Shown here one piece after another: positions 61,669 to 64,000 of a stretch of 64,000 nt of DNA. Within the stretch, counting starts at the first letter, position 1. Every line of letters begins with the position of its first letter. The position numbers and the translations under genes are program-made. Source of the stretch: Spirochaetia bacterium (GTDB taxonomy: Bacteria; Spirochaetota; Spirochaetia; DSM-2461); contig OY764216.1 of assembly GCA_963668315.1 (NCBI GenBank), forward strand, positions 4,864,001-4,928,000, in the 5' to 3' direction. The notes below the pieces were generated by a model that made no database searches, had not been told where the DNA came from, and saw nothing but the letters and a program-made list of their open reading frames with translations.

Positions 61669-62148
61669 TTACGGCAGTAATTCAAAGGTCATTTTCACGC
61701 TGCCCTTTCCCAGAATTTCCTTAAGCTCCTTCTGAGTCATACCGTCGATATGGCCGAGCTTCGTGAAATTCCACGAATTGACATTGTAATAAACCACAAG
61801 AGCGCTTCCCATATAAAGGATAATATCCCCGGGGGCCGTCCTGATCTGTCTGTTGTTCGTAGGGTACCGTCTTCCCAGCATCCCCACCTTTTCCATGGAC
61901 CCGTAATCCCTCATGCCTATTGTCTTGGGACCGCGGGTCAGAACTTTCTTAAAGGCCCGGGCCGATGTGTTATTCTCCATGGTAGCCGTCATTTCCCTGC
62001 CGTTCACCCGAATTTTCACCCTGTACTCTCCGTCAAGGGAGATTCGCCCGAAGCCGAGGGGGGTCAGGAAAAACAATCCCGCCGCCGCAATCACTATAAC
62101 TATTATCCAAATCATAATTTTCACCGTAATTTCCGTTTCACTTTCCAT
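61669..62148 (-). CDS. Cyclophilin-like fold protein with an N-terminal membrane anchor
   Basis: ATMENN.SARAF, MRDYG.MEKVG, PGDIILY.G..LVVYY..NSWNFTKLG; start uncertain (62115, 62148 or 62196). Confidence 0.8.
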   Translation of the reverse strand: MESETEITVKIMIWIIVIVIAAAGLFFLTPLGFGRISLDGEYRVKIRVNGREMTATMENNTSARAFKKVLTRGPKTIGMRDYGSMEKVGMLGRRYPTNNRQIRTAPGDIILYMGSALVVYYNVNSWNFTKLGHIDGMTQKELKEILGKGSVKMTFELLP

Positions 62149-62338
62149 GGGAAGAACAAGGATGATAAAAGCCCCATCAAGTCTATTTATTATCAAGTAT
62201 AAGGGAGGGAACGGAAGAAAAGAATGTCAATTTCCACATTTTACATGCCTAATTATACATTTCTTACCTCTATTAGGTTTAATATTTCCCCATTATATGC
62301 ATAATTCAACATCATCATTGATAGAAAAGAGGGTTGCC

Positions 62339-63217
62339 ATGGACTCGAAAACAGCCGAAATGAAGAAACTGCTCCTGAAGAAACTTCCCAGGCAGGGAGT
62401 TGTCTTCACAGGCCTGGATAATATGGCCATTTTCAGAAGAGATCAGCCATATAATAAAAAACCGGAACTAACCCATCCTCATATCATGATTCTGGCCCAG
62501 GGGAAAAAGAGAGTTCATCAGGGAGAAAAAACATACATCTATGATCCGCTTCACTATTATGTTCAGACTCTGACACTCCCCCTGGAATGCGAGGCCATCA
62601 TCGAAGAGGATGAGCCGATACTGGGAATGGTTCTGAGAATAGATCCCGTGATTATCGGAGAAATCCTTTTTGAAATGCAGACCACGCCCTATAGGCAGAA
62701 GCCCGTAAGGGACAGCCTCTACGACGCATCCATAACGGATGATATTCTTGACGCCGCTATCAGACTGCTTCGTACCCTTGATTCCGAAGATGATCTGAAA
62801 ATCCTCGGTCCCATGTTCTACAAGGAGATCCTTTTCAAGATACTCAAGGGAGAAAAGGGAGAGATACTCAGGGAACTGGCCGTTAATAACAGAGGCTTCT
62901 ACCACATAGCCAAGGTGATCAACAGGATCCAGGAAAACTACTCCGATCCCATAGACATACAGTCACTGGCCCGGGAAGCGGGTATGAGCGTAACCGCCTT
63001 TCACGCCAATTTCAAAGCCATGACCAATACCTCCCCCCTGCAGTACGTGAAAAATATCCGACTCCACAAGGCCAAGGAAATGATCCAGCAGGAAGGGGAA
63101 AAGGCCAACACGGCGGCCCAGCGCGTCGGCTATGAAAGCTCATCCCAGTTCTCCAGGGAGTACAAGCGGTGTTTCGGGATACCCCCTTCAAAGGACAGGC
63201 TTCAGGACTCGGCCTGA
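62339..63217 (+). CDS. AraC-family regulator (AraC_N/YqhC-like)
   Basis: Start MDSK at 62339; AQGKK, MS...FH..FK..T..SPLQY.K..RL, VGYESSSQFSREYKR. Confidence 0.9.
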   Translation: MDSKTAEMKKLLLKKLPRQGVVFTGLDNMAIFRRDQPYNKKPELTHPHIMILAQGKKRVHQGEKTYIYDPLHYYVQTLTLPLECEAIIEEDEPILGMVLRIDPVIIGEILFEMQTTPYRQKPVRDSLYDASITDDILDAAIRLLRTLDSEDDLKILGPMFYKEILFKILKGEKGEILRELAVNNRGFYHIAKVINRIQENYSDPIDIQSLAREAGMSVTAFHANFKAMTNTSPLQYVKNIRLHKAKEMIQQEGEKANTAAQRVGYESSSQFSREYKRCFGIPPSKDRLQDSA

Positions 63218-63341
63218 TCCCTGGATTTCCCGTTATTATCCGTAAAGATTTATCTATTTTGATTGACACATGGGATTTTCGTCTCTATTATTAGACACTG
63301 TCCACTATATACATTCATTGTCTATTTCGAGGAGATGGAAT

Positions 63342-64000
63342 ATGATAAAAAAAGGATTAATACCCTTACTTCTGGTAATGGTATCATTGTTCTTGTCCTG
63401 CGGGAACTATAAAGCAGGGACCTACACAGCCACGTCAATCGGAAGGAATGACAATATCACTCTCGAGTGTACATTCGACAAGGACAGGATAGAAACAATC
63501 TCTGTCCTTTCCCATAACGAGACTCCCGGCATCGGAACCGTGGCCCTGGACCGGATGACAAAAGCCATTACGGCCCATCAGTCTCTGGATGTGGATATCG
63601 TTACCGGCGCATCCCTGACTTCCTTCGCCGTCATCAGAGCCGTGGAAGACTGCGTCACCCAGGCGGGAGGCGATGTCAAAGAGCTGAGGGCTGTAAAAGT
63701 CCCCGGGGAAACTCTCGCCAGTACGGAAAGAACCGCCGACATCATCATTGTGGGAGCCGGCGGAGCCGGTATGTCCGCGGCCCTGGCTGCCTCCGAAACG
63801 GGAGCCTCCGTCATCATAGCGGAAACCAACAGCATCATCGGCGGCAACACGATCGTCTCAGGTATGTGCTGGAACGCGGCCGACCCCGAAGAGTGCGCCC
63901 TTACCGAATCCAACAGGGGGCAGTTTGCCCTGCTCCAGAGCTTCCTCGATATGGATGAGGCTGCTGTGGAAGACTACGCTCCCACCCTGAGAATTCTCAA
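63342..64000 (+). CDS. Lipoprotein FMN-binding + FAD-dependent oxidoreductase (flavocytochrome c/fumarate-urocanate reductase family), truncated by the window edge
   Basis: Absent from the ORF track; translated by hand: MIKKGLIPLLLVMVSLFLSC-GNYKAGTY...ETPGIG...DIVTGASLTS...DIIIVGAGGAG...GGNT; GAGGAG RBS. Confidence 0.88.
   Translation, partial: MIKKGLIPLLLVMVSLFLSCGNYKAGTYTATSIGRNDNITLECTFDKDRIETISVLSHNETPGIGTVALDRMTKAITAHQSLDVDIVTGASLTSFAVIRAVEDCVTQAGGDVKELRAVKVPGETLASTERTADIIIVGAGGAGMSAALAASETGASVIIAETNSIIGGNTIVSGMCWNAADPEECALTESNRGQFALLQSFLDMDEAAVEDYAPTLRIL

Overview
Bacterial chromosomal window, probably from a free-living spirochaete (inferred from gene content and style only). Positions 1-8358 are AT-rich and hold an integron-type gene-cassette array. 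Four ~98-99 bp attC hairpins delimit five cassettes: a membrane-anchored unknown protein; an AAA_14/DUF4143 ATPase; a Cys-tailed ECF sigma factor with a convergent small membrane gene; a three-gene Sir2-HerA-KTSC anti-phage-type module; and a lipoprotein. The first cassette starts at a non-attC (attI-like) GTT at 575. No integron integrase is visible. The divergent genes are a 34-codon ORF and a phage Bet/RecT-like recombinase cut off by the window edge. The array ends at a nested pair of IS256-family elements (8359-11014). The rest of the window is GC-richer metabolic and regulatory DNA: two sugar ABC loci, an Opp/MATE/aminotransferase/degenerate Amt-PII locus, RimK, AlkD, glycoside hydrolases (GH115, GH29, GH4), c-di-GMP enzymes, an esterase, oxidoreductases and a truncated flavinylated FAD oxidoreductase. 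All family calls come from motif recognition by eye; no database searches were run.
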